Shown piece after piece: positions 50,170-61,511 of a stretch of 64,000 nt of DNA. This DNA is from an uncultured Gammaproteobacteria bacterium. GTDB lineage: Bacteria; Patescibacteriota; Patescibacteriia; UBA10025; JAHIVO01. The notes under the pieces were generated by a model. It was not told where the DNA came from. It saw only the letters and a program-made list of their open reading frames with translations, and did no database searches. Numbering within the stretch: the stretch's first letter is position 1; the number at the start of each line of letters is the position of its first letter. The stretch is from assembly GCA_964592105.1 (NCBI GenBank), contig CAZQBL010000013.1:17706-81705 (forward strand), read 5' to 3'. The translations under genes were made by a program, and so were the position numbers.

Positions 50170-50394
50170 TCAATCGGTTTTAGAACCAAGATCCTTGGAG
50201 TCCATTAACGGTATACCGCATTTTTTGCAAATAAGTCCGGTGCCAAATTCGAATCTTTTATCGCCGGGGCTCTTTGATAAAAAGGCAACCTCCGTTTCAA
50301 TGGGCTGGTGCCGGTCACTAACTGGACACTCACCAGCGGGATCAAATGAATAATGAACCGACTGTCCTTCAGGATTTGAATGTTCTTCGAGCAA
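50170..50394 (-). CDS. hypothetical small protein with C-terminal CxxC
   Basis: ORF only. Confidence 0.3.
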   Translation of the reverse strand: MLEEHSNPEGQSVHYSFDPAGECPVSDRHQPIETEVAFLSKSPGDKRFEFGTGLICKKCGIPLMDSKDLGSKTD

Positions 50395-50469
50395 TTTCCC
50401 TCCTCCTTATCCTAAAATATTCTTGCAAAATACATCTCTATTATCAACGAACAGTAGAAAAAATTAATA

Positions 50470-51066
50470 TTAATACATAATATCTTCATCCACCCTTTTA
50501 TAGTCGTGAATCTCATTGTCACGAAACCACAGCTGGGATTCAAATTGCGCTTCCTCAACGTTGCCTGAAGCATGAATCATATTTTTTACCGGTCTTTTAT
50601 CCAGATTAGCCAGTATCGGCGAATCCATGGAATAATCGCCGCGAATCGTGCCCGGCTCGGCAAACCTTGGCAAGGTGTGCCCAACCATCAAACGCACATT
50701 ATCAACGGCGTGCAAACCCTGCAAAAGAATGGCTACCACCGGTCCGGAGCTCAAAAAATCCATATTCCACTTCCTGACCATTGCCCCAATCTCATACGGA
50801 TCTTTGGTGCCCAATTCCTCGCCTGGATCTTTTCCGTATTCGGCATAACTTTTCAAAGTCTTATTACCCACCGCGATCAAATAGTCTCGGTTATCCGGAT
50901 AGTGCTTAGCCACCAAATCTTGGTCTACCCAGACCATTTTCAGGGCAACAATTTTTAAGCCAACTTTTTCAAAACGCGAAATGATTTCGCCGATTATTCC
51001 GCGCTTAACCGTATCCGGTTTTAATAAAACAACCGTTCGTTCTTTTCTCGGGTCTTGACTGGCCAT
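50470..51066 (-). CDS. ndk: nucleoside diphosphate kinase (long variant)
   Basis: TVVLLKPDTVKRGIIGEIISRFEKVGLKIVALK, active-site region NMIHASGNVEEAQ. Confidence 0.8.
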   Translation of the reverse strand: MASQDPRKERTVVLLKPDTVKRGIIGEIISRFEKVGLKIVALKMVWVDQDLVAKHYPDNRDYLIAVGNKTLKSYAEYGKDPGEELGTKDPYEIGAMVRKWNMDFLSSGPVVAILLQGLHAVDNVRLMVGHTLPRFAEPGTIRGDYSMDSPILANLDKRPVKNMIHASGNVEEAQFESQLWFRDNEIHDYKRVDEDIMY

Positions 51067-51072
51067 AAATTT

Positions 51073-51480
51073 TTATTTCTTCATTTTATTAGCTAACAGG
51101 TATTTGACTTTAGCGACTATTTCCGCCGGCGTGTGATTGGCCTTAATAAAATAATCATCCGCTCCGAGTTGCTTGCCCTTTTCCACGTCTTCGGACTGGC
51201 CTAAATTGGTCAATAGCAGAATATGCGTATCGGACATGCCGGGATCTTTTTTCAATTCTTTCAAAACGGCGAAACCATCAAGTTTGGGCATGATAATATC
51301 CAGAAGAATCAGGTCCGGCTTTTCTTTCTTGGCCATCTCCAGGCCTTTAGCGCCGTCTTCGGCTTTTAATATTTCCATGCCCTCTCTGGAAAATTTGGTG
51401 ACATACATATCCGCCAGCATTTTGTCATCCTCGACCAATAATACTTTTGACTTAAATTTGGAATCCTGCTTAGTAGTCAT
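51073..51480 (-). CDS. single-domain response regulator (CheY-like receiver)
   Basis: KVLLVEDD...DLILLDIIMPKLDG (phospho-acceptor Asp), K near C-term. Confidence 0.85.
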   Translation of the reverse strand: MTTKQDSKFKSKVLLVEDDKMLADMYVTKFSREGMEILKAEDGAKGLEMAKKEKPDLILLDIIMPKLDGFAVLKELKKDPGMSDTHILLLTNLGQSEDVEKGKQLGADDYFIKANHTPAEIVAKVKYLLANKMKK

Positions 51481-51539
51481 AATAAAAAATTACTTTACCT
51501 TTTATGATCTAATTATACCAAAAAATGCCAAATCGTCAA

Positions 51540-53006
51540 TCAGGTAAATGGCGGCTTCTTGAGGTGCCATTGAGTGACTTGCTCATAATGCCAGCCCACA
51601 CGGAAAAGCGTTTGCTCATCCAAGGGCTTAGCCAAAAGCTGCAAACCCGCCGGCAGACCTCCCACAAAACCACAGGGTAGAGATAAACCGCAAATACCGC
51701 CGATATTGGCAGGACAAGTATAAATATCGGACAAATACATCATCAGCGGATCACTAAACTTCTCTCCCAGTTTGAAAGCGACGCTGGGCGCCGTCGGTGT
51801 CAGTAAACAATCAACCTTTTTGAATATTTTCTGAAACTCTTGGGTGATCAGCGCCCGAACTTTTTGGGCTTTGAGATAATACCGATCATAATATCCAGCC
51901 GACAAAGCGAAAGTGCCCAGAATAATCCGTCGCTTAACCTCATCGCCAAATCCCTTGGCCTTTGATTTCATATAGGTTTCCAATAATGTCTTGGCCCCGT
52001 CTTTTTCCGAAAAACCATACCGTATCCCGTCATAACGGGCCAAATTAGCCGAGATCTCGGAGGTTACGGTCAGCTGATAAACTGCCAAGGCGTATTTTGT
52101 CAGCGGCAAATTCACTTTGATTATCTTGGCGCCTAGTTTTTTCAGCTGCTCGGCGGCTTTCTCTACCAAGTCACGCACCCGCTCGTCCATGCCCTCGACG
52201 AAATACTCATGCGGTAATCCAATTGTCAAACCCTCAATACCCTGCTCAATTTTTTTAATATCAACGGCCGGTGCCTCGACGGTCGTGGAATCATTTTCGT
52301 CACGTCCGGCAATGACCCGAAACATCAGAGCATTATCTTTGATTGTTTTGGTCAGAGGGCCAATCTGATCCAGTGATGAAGTCATGGCCAAAAGACCGAA
52401 ACGGGAAACGCGGCCGTAGGTCGGCTTTAGTCCAACCACACCACAGAAAGCCGCCGGCTGGCGGATGGACCCCCCTGTATCAGAACCCAAGGCGCCCAAA
52501 CACAAATCTGCGGCCACAGCTGCGGCCGAACCGCCAGAGGAACCGCCGGGCGTGCGGGTACGATCGTGCGGGTTCGCCGTTTTGGCATAGGCGGAATTTT
52601 CAGTCGATGAACCCATGGCAAATTCATCCATATTGGTTTTACCCACAAAAACCGCGCCAGCTTTCTTTAATCTAGTAATGACCGTGGCGTCGTATATTGC
52701 TGTATAATTATCCAAAATCTTAGAGCCACCGGTAGTGCGCACGCCATCAATGACGATATTGTCCTTAACGGCTATAGGGATGCCGGTTAGCGGCCCCGCC
52801 TCTCCCGAATGAATTCTTTTGTCTGCCTCCACAGCTTGTTGAAGAGCCAGCTCATCCGTAACAGTCAAGAAAGCGTGCAATTCATCATCGCGCTTTTTTA
52901 TCTCGGCCAAACAGGCCTCGGTTAATTCGCGCGAGGAAAATTCTTTATTTATCAGGCCTTGGTGCGCTTTCTCTATAGTTAATTCAGACAATTGCATAGA
53001 CATCAT
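51540..53006 (-). CDS. gatA: Glu-tRNA(Gln)/Asp-tRNA(Asn) amidotransferase subunit A
   Basis: amidase signature GGSSGGSAAAVAA, 488 aa. Confidence 0.9.
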   Translation of the reverse strand: MMSMQLSELTIEKAHQGLINKEFSSRELTEACLAEIKKRDDELHAFLTVTDELALQQAVEADKRIHSGEAGPLTGIPIAVKDNIVIDGVRTTGGSKILDNYTAIYDATVITRLKKAGAVFVGKTNMDEFAMGSSTENSAYAKTANPHDRTRTPGGSSGGSAAAVAADLCLGALGSDTGGSIRQPAAFCGVVGLKPTYGRVSRFGLLAMTSSLDQIGPLTKTIKDNALMFRVIAGRDENDSTTVEAPAVDIKKIEQGIEGLTIGLPHEYFVEGMDERVRDLVEKAAEQLKKLGAKIIKVNLPLTKYALAVYQLTVTSEISANLARYDGIRYGFSEKDGAKTLLETYMKSKAKGFGDEVKRRIILGTFALSAGYYDRYYLKAQKVRALITQEFQKIFKKVDCLLTPTAPSVAFKLGEKFSDPLMMYLSDIYTCPANIGGICGLSLPCGFVGGLPAGLQLLAKPLDEQTLFRVGWHYEQVTQWHLKKPPFT

Positions 53007-53296
53007 TCAAAAACTTTTTTTACTTTATTAAGATTGCCGAATTTTTCAGGAAACTGGGCGATAATTTTAGCCGCGCCCGGATACGACTTGACCGAGTCTG
53101 GACGCAAAATATTGACCAGTTGGCCGTGAAAGCCGCTGGCAGTTACCCGGCTGGTGTCAACTTCTTCTATCTGTTTTACGTATTCCAAAATAGAAGAAAT
53201 TTGTCCGGCGAATTTTTCTTTTTCTGCTTCATTAAGACCGATTCTAGCCAGCTGAGCCAGCTTGACAACGTCTTTTTTTGTAAATTCCATATACAA
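53003..53296 (-). CDS. gatC: aminoacyl-tRNA amidotransferase subunit C
   Basis: 97 aa, VKLAQLARIGLNEAEKEKFAGQISSILEYV; 4-nt overlap with gatA. Confidence 0.8.
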   Translation of the reverse strand: MYMEFTKKDVVKLAQLARIGLNEAEKEKFAGQISSILEYVKQIEEVDTSRVTASGFHGQLVNILRPDSVKSYPGAAKIIAQFPEKFGNLNKVKKVFE

Positions 53297-53523
53297 AAAT
53301 TATATCATCAAAGTCAAAGATTAACAATCAATCCAGAGTCGATATCTTGACAAATATTAACAGATTATTTAGTATTTGCTTGCCGAACGCTAATATTTTT
53401 AATTATTTTAGCCGAGCAATGGGCGGGCCAACCTTCCTGACCTTAACTGTCTAGTATTCCCCTCCGCTAGATGGATTCAGGCCGGAGAATGCCCGCCCGT
53501 AATAACCTGGCGTGGCAGTAGCT

Positions 53524-53550
53524 AAAAAATAAGTGGAAGCATCCCCACTT
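53524..53550 (-). terminator. rho-independent terminator inside ligA-gatC spacer
   Basis: minus-strand AAGTGG-GGATGCTT-CCACTT followed by ATTTTTTAG. Confidence 0.45.
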
Positions 53551-53887
53551 ACCTCTACTCCCACCAGTATAGCCAAGCCCGGGCAAGTAAGTCATCCCTC
53601 CTCCTTTCATATATTTTGGGGGCTCCATTGATGACTGAACACCCGGGATTTTTGTTTACTTAACAAAATTTTCGAACCGAAATAAATACTTTGGACTGCA
53701 AAAATCGGTGATGAAAATTGAGCTAAGTAAATAACCCTCACACCATTTAAGTTTTAAAATAATTAAACTCCTATAGTTATAAATTAAAAATACCAACCTA
53801 GCTGATTTTAATGAACATTCGTACTTTTTCATAAATGGTGTGGGGGATCTTAAGTAAGTTTTTCGGCCTTACAGTGTATACTAAATT

Positions 53888-53924
53888 AAAAAAAATGGAA
53901 GCGCCGGCACAAAGACTTGCGCTT
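53888..53924 (-). terminator. rho-independent terminator of ligA
   Basis: minus-strand AAGCGC-14nt-GCGCTT followed by CCATTTTTTTT, 29 nt after ligA stop. Confidence 0.5.
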
Positions 53925-53952
53925 GAAACATATCTTATGAGTCTATGATCAA

Positions 53953-56046
<2,094 letters not shown>

Positions 56047-56105
56047 CTACTATTGAAGGCGACAAAATGCGCACGATTTGCTCATTCTCCAAATATTATA
56101 TTAAA

Positions 56106-57599
56106 TCACGGGCAATCCGGAAATATCTTATAAGTGCTCAATTGATACCAGTCAACCAGAACCTTTTCTCCGTCATCCCAGCCGCTGGGAGAACCAACCC
56201 CGGCTAACGGCTCAATGGTAAATTTTATTGTCCGGCTGGCCGGCTCCATCAGATTGCCGATGGTGAAACTCTCAGGTATGGTGCAGGTCTGCCAAACCGT
56301 GTCAGATATGTCGTTGTCGTGATCTCCAACAATAGATGATTGTCCGTTAATTTCCACAGCGATTCTTCGTCCGCAATCACCTGAAGCGCAAGACTTGTCT
56401 CCGGAATATAAAGCCCTCATGGATACATAGTAATTATCTCCAGCGGGAACATGGTCAGGAATCGGTAGGGTCCAACCCCAATACTTATTGCCTTCCGCCT
56501 GCATTACACAATGACCTTTACTAAACGTTGTTTCGGTATTACACTTGACAAAAGTTTCGCCACCAAACATATCTGAATCAGAAAAACATACCTCGCCATT
56601 CCACTTACCTTTGGGTCTTTGACATTGAACACATTCACTATCACATTGCTCTGGTATATCATAATCCAGATCCGCCTCCACCTGTATCACCCCGGATGAA
56701 TAAACCGGTTGGCTCAAAATCGTGGTCTTGGCGATTTCACCTTCGCTAAACAGCACATAATCGTACAAACCAAACAAGGGCAGCTTCCATGGCAAAATCG
56801 CGGTCAGGGCCTGCTTAAACTTATTCCTTTCGCCTACGGATTTTATGACAATTTGCGAGGCCAGATTAGTCACCTTGCTACCTCCCTGATACGGCCCGCC
56901 AACCTGATCATAAGGTGTCACGGAAATATTGGATAAATCGCCAAAAAGCGCCTTGATCCTGACGCGGTAACCAGACGGTACAAAACCACTTCCGAAAGTG
57001 TTTAAATTTATAGGCCAGCCTTCACTCTGAATTTCATCCGGCTGTAAATCTGTGGGGCCGACAACCTTGCGCGCACTGGTGGATTCACCCAGGGTACCGT
57101 TTTCATTCCAGGCAATCCAAGAAACTTCCGCCCAGGAAGCGGTATCAGGGTTTGACGCCCGGGTACCGTTCTGCACAGTTATAGATTTAACCACCGACGG
57201 CGCCAAAGGATTATCAACATTATAATAATCCGCCTGAAGATATTGGTTTTCTTTTAGCACTTGATGCGATATCTCCGAGGACTGAGTGGCGCTGCCCGCG
57301 TCAGTATAGGTACTGTTGTTCACAAAATCATTTGAATCCGCGTAACCCTGAATCTTACTCAAAGCCTCGGTCAGGGTAACACCGCTCTCCCGCATGACTC
57401 TGACGCCGTACAAACCTCTTTCCAATCCGGCTTCGGCGGCATAATAGGCCATGGTCGCATCAACCACACTCGTAGTCAATTTCAGTTCATTAATGATAAT
57501 CACCGAAACCGTCAAAGCAATAGCCGTGATCAAAGAAATAATTAAAAGCACATAAACCAAAATCGATCCTGAATTTTTTTTACCGTAATGGTTAATCAT
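56106..57599 (-). CDS. large Cys-rich pilin-like protein (PilX/PilY-type minor pilin or tip adhesin candidate)
   Basis: N-terminal hydrophobic helix after Gly (NSGSILVYVLLIISLITAIAL), 497 aa, >15 Cys in C-terminal half. Confidence 0.5.
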   Translation of the reverse strand: MINHYGKKNSGSILVYVLLIISLITAIALTVSVIIINELKLTTSVVDATMAYYAAEAGLERGLYGVRVMRESGVTLTEALSKIQGYADSNDFVNNSTYTDAGSATQSSEISHQVLKENQYLQADYYNVDNPLAPSVVKSITVQNGTRASNPDTASWAEVSWIAWNENGTLGESTSARKVVGPTDLQPDEIQSEGWPINLNTFGSGFVPSGYRVRIKALFGDLSNISVTPYDQVGGPYQGGSKVTNLASQIVIKSVGERNKFKQALTAILPWKLPLFGLYDYVLFSEGEIAKTTILSQPVYSSGVIQVEADLDYDIPEQCDSECVQCQRPKGKWNGEVCFSDSDMFGGETFVKCNTETTFSKGHCVMQAEGNKYWGWTLPIPDHVPAGDNYYVSMRALYSGDKSCASGDCGRRIAVEINGQSSIVGDHDNDISDTVWQTCTIPESFTIGNLMEPASRTIKFTIEPLAGVGSPSGWDDGEKVLVDWYQLSTYKIFPDCP

Positions 57600-58302
57600 A
57601 AAATAAATTCTGGACTTTGCTATTAATAAGACGAGAAGAGACTAATGTCTGTATGACAATACGGGCCTGCCCCGCCGGCAAATCGCCAGTGCCCTCCGAT
57701 TTCATAATAATCCTGACTTTTGGCTGAAAATTACCACCATCGCTGAAATATTCACAGCGTTGCTGGACAGTATCGCATCTATAAGAATTATAATCAGCAT
57801 CGCAGTCCGCATCGCTGGCACATCTTTTTTCAGCGACTTCAGAAAAAGGGTCGGCACTGGGAGTAATAATAAACCTAAGTTCATCAACTATCGCCCCGAC
57901 GGGCGTAACTACCTGCCACTCCTGGCAATCAGCCGACGTATCATTTTTGCAAAATTCCAGATTGTTACCGTTTTTCCGATAATAAACGAACTCCCCTGAC
58001 TGATTGATGACCGCCAAAGGATAATCAATAACCGCGGACTCGGGATGTAAATCGATATTTTCCGTCACGTAATAATCATAATTAATCCTGCCCAAACGTA
58101 TCTCCTGGGCCATGGCTTCCAGACTATAACGCACGTCATCTTGTAATTTCTGTAAGTTGGCTACACGCCGTTGACTGTGGTTAATGACCACGAAAATATT
58201 ACTAACCATCAATACAACCAGCACAAAAATAGATAAAGCAATAATCATCTCAATTAGGGTGAAACCGGAGTTACGGGCAGTTTTTTTCTGGAAATTATAC
58301 AT
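57592..58302 (-). CDS. type IV pilin-like protein with prepilin N-terminal methylation motif
   Basis: G|FTLIEMIIALSIF. Confidence 0.7.
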   Translation of the reverse strand: MYNFQKKTARNSGFTLIEMIIALSIFVLVVLMVSNIFVVINHSQRRVANLQKLQDDVRYSLEAMAQEIRLGRINYDYYVTENIDLHPESAVIDYPLAVINQSGEFVYYRKNGNNLEFCKNDTSADCQEWQVVTPVGAIVDELRFIITPSADPFSEVAEKRCASDADCDADYNSYRCDTVQQRCEYFSDGGNFQPKVRIIMKSEGTGDLPAGQARIVIQTLVSSRLINSKVQNLFYD

Positions 58303-58319
58303 GATAAATTAAAAATTTA

Positions 58320-58919
58320 TTAGAGGACCTGCCAATCATATAGACGATCTTCTATAATCACCTTTTTATCGGAAGTTTCCGAAGGCCAATGCACCTCGGA
58401 AATGACGCGCAAACCGACTTTCTCATAGCCAGAACCGATGGAAGTGCAGTCGTCAGTGGAATCTTTATCCACGATCTGCTCATCCCCGGTCGTATTTAAA
58501 CAAATATCATTGAGATACATAAGGCGGTAAAATTCCGTAGCTAAACCCGGCACGCCACGGCCCTGCAAATAAACGTTGTTATGAAGAAATAATCTCGTCT
58601 GGTCCTGCGAATCAGTCGAATAATACAACACTGTCGGCGTCGACAAGCCCACAAAAGGTATGACGGGATTTGGGCCAACTAAACCCGAATCCCAGGCCGG
58701 TGAAGTAGGGTCAACCCAGTTGCTATCACGTATATTTCTCACTATCTCAATACCTTCCCGGGCCAAACTGGCAGCAATAAGCTTATTTCTGCTTTCTCGG
58801 CCGGCGTTAATGCTGGTCACAATCAAAGTGATAGTGGCGGTAACCACCATCACTAAAATTAGGATTGCAACTAATAGTTCTAATAAGCTCTGGCCCTTTT
58901 GATTAAATATTTTCGGCAT
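58320..58919 (-). CDS. type IV pilin/pseudopilin-like protein
   Basis: KG|QSLLELLVAILILV. Confidence 0.65.
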   Translation of the reverse strand: MPKIFNQKGQSLLELLVAILILVMVVTATITLIVTSINAGRESRNKLIAASLAREGIEIVRNIRDSNWVDPTSPAWDSGLVGPNPVIPFVGLSTPTVLYYSTDSQDQTRLFLHNNVYLQGRGVPGLATEFYRLMYLNDICLNTTGDEQIVDKDSTDDCTSIGSGYEKVGLRVISEVHWPSETSDKKVIIEDRLYDWQVL

Positions 58920-58927
58920 AATAAATA

Positions 58928-59605
58928 TTACAAACTACAGCCGCTCGTTAACTCGCTGATCTGACCAGAAACCCGATTAATTATCACCTGTCGGCAGTTA
59001 TTGGTCAGATAATCGCTTTTTAAAAGTAAAGTCAAGGTCGTTTCTGTACTCTCGGCGCCGCTGGCTCCTTCATAAAAATGCACCGTACCTTCGGGCGGGC
59101 TGAACCGGACGACAATAAATTTTTCTGCCGAAGGTTCGATCTCTGGACCGCTGGCCGAACCGAATTTGTAGCGGCTGATGTGTATACCTTTTAAAAATAT
59201 ATTTTTTTCAATAACTCTATAGTCTGGATTGCTTAAAACCCCATTTGCGTCAGTATCGCCAAATAACTGATAATTTTCTGTTGAAGCCACATTGATAGCA
59301 TAGCCACCCAAAGGAACACCATTATGGCAGCTATCATCCTCACCACCGCACGAAGAATCATCAATACAAACGCCGTACTCATTACTTTTGCTGCCGGCAA
59401 GGCAGTAGTTAATACTGTTACCGCCAATAGTATATTGCTGGGCCAAACGCAAATTCTGTAAAAGCTCGGTGCTGGCCTGTTTTAGATCATTAACAAGATT
59501 GCCGTGGCGAAAGTTAACTACGACAATTATGGTCAAAACTCCCATGATAAACATGACGATCAGCAATTCCATTAATGTAAATCCGCGACGATCGGCAATT
59601 TTCAT
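58928..59605 (-). CDS. type IV pilin-like protein
   Basis: RRG|FTLMELLIVMFIMGVL. Confidence 0.7.
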   Translation of the reverse strand: MKIADRRGFTLMELLIVMFIMGVLTIIVVVNFRHGNLVNDLKQASTELLQNLRLAQQYTIGGNSINYCLAGSKSNEYGVCIDDSSCGGEDDSCHNGVPLGGYAINVASTENYQLFGDTDANGVLSNPDYRVIEKNIFLKGIHISRYKFGSASGPEIEPSAEKFIVVRFSPPEGTVHFYEGASGAESTETTLTLLLKSDYLTNNCRQVIINRVSGQISELTSGCSL

Positions 59606-60405
59606 AAAATAAACAATCCTTGATAATAATAATCAATTACCGACGGACCAAAAATAAAAGCGGCAAAAGTGCCGGCACTTAGAAAAGTTCCGAATGGCAC
59701 CTGGCTTGTCCAGCCCTTTTTACCAAAAATAATAAGCAGAATTCCGATTAAGGAACCCAAAACATAAGCCGCGAAAAGAGCCACTAATAAATACTTGTAC
59801 CCCAGCATCAAACCCATCAAGGCGCCCAAACGAATATCGCCTCCGCCCACCCATTTACCTTTTGAAACCAAAAATTGCAACAGAAAAAAACCGCCGCCCA
59901 AAAAAAAGCCGTACAACAGGTGCCAACCGCTGATTTTTAAAACAAAAACTGAAAGAATCAAAGCCACCACCATCGCCGGAACGGTAATTTTGTCTAATAT
60001 CAGATAATAACGGTAATCATAAGTAAAAATTACAATCAGAAAACAGGAGAAAACCGAATAAACAAAAAACTCCGGGGCTAATCCATAACGCAAATAAATA
60101 ATGAGAAAAGCCAGGGCCGTGGCCGCTTCAACCAGGGGATACTGCCAGGAGATCGGTTTACGGCAATAATGGCATCGGCCACGCAAAAAAATAAAACTAA
60201 AAAGAGGCAACAAATCCCAAAAACCTAGAGTGTGTTGGCAAAAAGGGCAATAAGACCGCCCGCCTAAGAAACTAACCTCCTTATGCAAACGACAAATCAC
60301 CACGTTCAGAAAGCTGCCTACCACCAGGCCTAAAATTATTATCAAAACTGGTGCCATAACTTTACAATTATAGCAAAAAAAGGCCAAAACATAAAGTGGG
60401 GGCAT
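59602..60405 (-). CDS. prepilin peptidase (A24 family; CxxC...CxxC N-terminal domain)
   Basis: CPFCQHTL...CHYCRKPISWQYPLVE, multi-TM, conserved Asp-containing loops. Confidence 0.85.
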   Translation of the reverse strand: MPPLYVLAFFCYNCKVMAPVLIIILGLVVGSFLNVVICRLHKEVSFLGGRSYCPFCQHTLGFWDLLPLFSFIFLRGRCHYCRKPISWQYPLVEAATALAFLIIYLRYGLAPEFFVYSVFSCFLIVIFTYDYRYYLILDKITVPAMVVALILSVFVLKISGWHLLYGFFLGGGFFLLQFLVSKGKWVGGGDIRLGALMGLMLGYKYLLVALFAAYVLGSLIGILLIIFGKKGWTSQVPFGTFLSAGTFAAFIFGPSVIDYYYQGLFIL

Positions 60406-60509
60406 TAAAATTTATCATGACGAATGTCTAAATCTAATTAATGTCCAAGGAGACAATGTCTAATGCCCAATTGGGTTTGAAGTTTAATTAGTAATTAAAA
60501 ATTCAATTT

Positions 60510-60923
60510 CTATTTAATTCCCGACTGACTTAAAGTATGCTTGCCGGCGACAAGGCTGCCGTAACTTTTCTCCAGGTTAAAAGTGATTTCAAAACCTTCC
60601 TGGGAAGGTACCCGAGTCACTCTATAGGAATATCGGCCCGGATCTTTGACTTGAGCAATGGTGGGAATATAATTTGCCAAGTTGCAAGTACTGACCAAAA
60701 CACCGACTTGATCGCAGCCGCCCTGACTGGCCTGCTGGTAACTGGCAGTTTCGTTATACAGAAGCTGAAAAGCGGCCTGCAATCGGGAAATATCCGAGAG
60801 CCTTTTAGCGTCCCTGGTCTTGGCTTTTTCGTTATTCAGCATCAAAAATGCCCCGCCGATAATGACACAAGTTACGGCCATGACTATCAGCAACCTGACT
60901 AATGACAATCCTTTTTGGTTCAT
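60510..60923 (-). CDS. pilin-like protein with non-canonical prepilin motif (lacks Glu5)
   Basis: KG|LSLVRLLIVMAVTCVIIGG. Confidence 0.4.
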   Translation of the reverse strand: MNQKGLSLVRLLIVMAVTCVIIGGAFLMLNNEKAKTRDAKRLSDISRLQAAFQLLYNETASYQQASQGGCDQVGVLVSTCNLANYIPTIAQVKDPGRYSYRVTRVPSQEGFEITFNLEKSYGSLVAGKHTLSQSGIK

Positions 60924-60941
60924 ACTGATTGAAATATTTAA

Positions 60942-61460
60942 TTAGGTTGTGGGCAGCAAGGGACACTCATTGCCTTCCCCATAAACCCCAGTTGAGTAAA
61001 AATAAAACCATTTGCGATTCCCGCCCTCCTTATGAAAGCAAAAAACGTACTGCTTATGGGCATTATTTTGATTGGTATCGTACTGATAGTAAAGATCGCT
61101 TCCTGGTTTATTGAACGGATCTTTTAAAACTCGACTGATGTACCCGGGGAAAAGTGGATTTCTCTCTTGGGAAAAAATCGTACCGTTCATTAAAGTCGTG
61201 CTGATATCCGGACCCTCTCCAGGATTGACGGCACTCATAACCGGTGCGGGATAATAATTATTATCGTCATAATACATATTTAGCGCCAAACGTATCTGAG
61301 CCAAATCCGACATCCTAATGGCGTCACGAGCCGACTCTTTTGTCCCGCGCAATTCAGCTAGACCCATAATCGACAAAATACCGATGATAGCCACCACCAC
61401 CAACATTTCTATCACCGTGAAGCCATAAACGATATATGATCTTTCTCTGACCATGACCAC
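60942..61460 (-). CDS. type IV pilin (major-pilin-like)
   Basis: YG|FTVIEMLVVVAIIGIL. Confidence 0.7.
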   Translation of the reverse strand: MVMVRERSYIVYGFTVIEMLVVVAIIGILSIMGLAELRGTKESARDAIRMSDLAQIRLALNMYYDDNNYYPAPVMSAVNPGEGPDISTTLMNGTIFSQERNPLFPGYISRVLKDPFNKPGSDLYYQYDTNQNNAHKQYVFCFHKEGGNRKWFYFYSTGVYGEGNECPLLPTT

Positions 61461-61511
61461 AATTAATTTACAAAAATTAAAAGTTGAAGGTAACTATATT
61501 ATAATTATAAT

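Noticed and set aside
52343-52675. Pro/Arg-rich ORFs on both strands inside gatA
   Set aside because: Out-of-frame artefacts of the gatA GC-rich region
53441-53520. Possible SRP RNA / RNase P RNA (helix GGGCGGGC...GCCCGCCC; CAGGCCGGAGAA resembling the SRP CAGGUCCGGAAGGAAGCAGC motif; GGGCTCCAT and CTGAACACCCGGG resembling RNase P P4 pieces)
   Set aside because: Conserved SRP domain IV (GGAAGGAAGCAGC) and the RNase P P4 strand (AGGAAAGUCCGGGC) are not present. Kept only as a generic candidate-ncRNA note.
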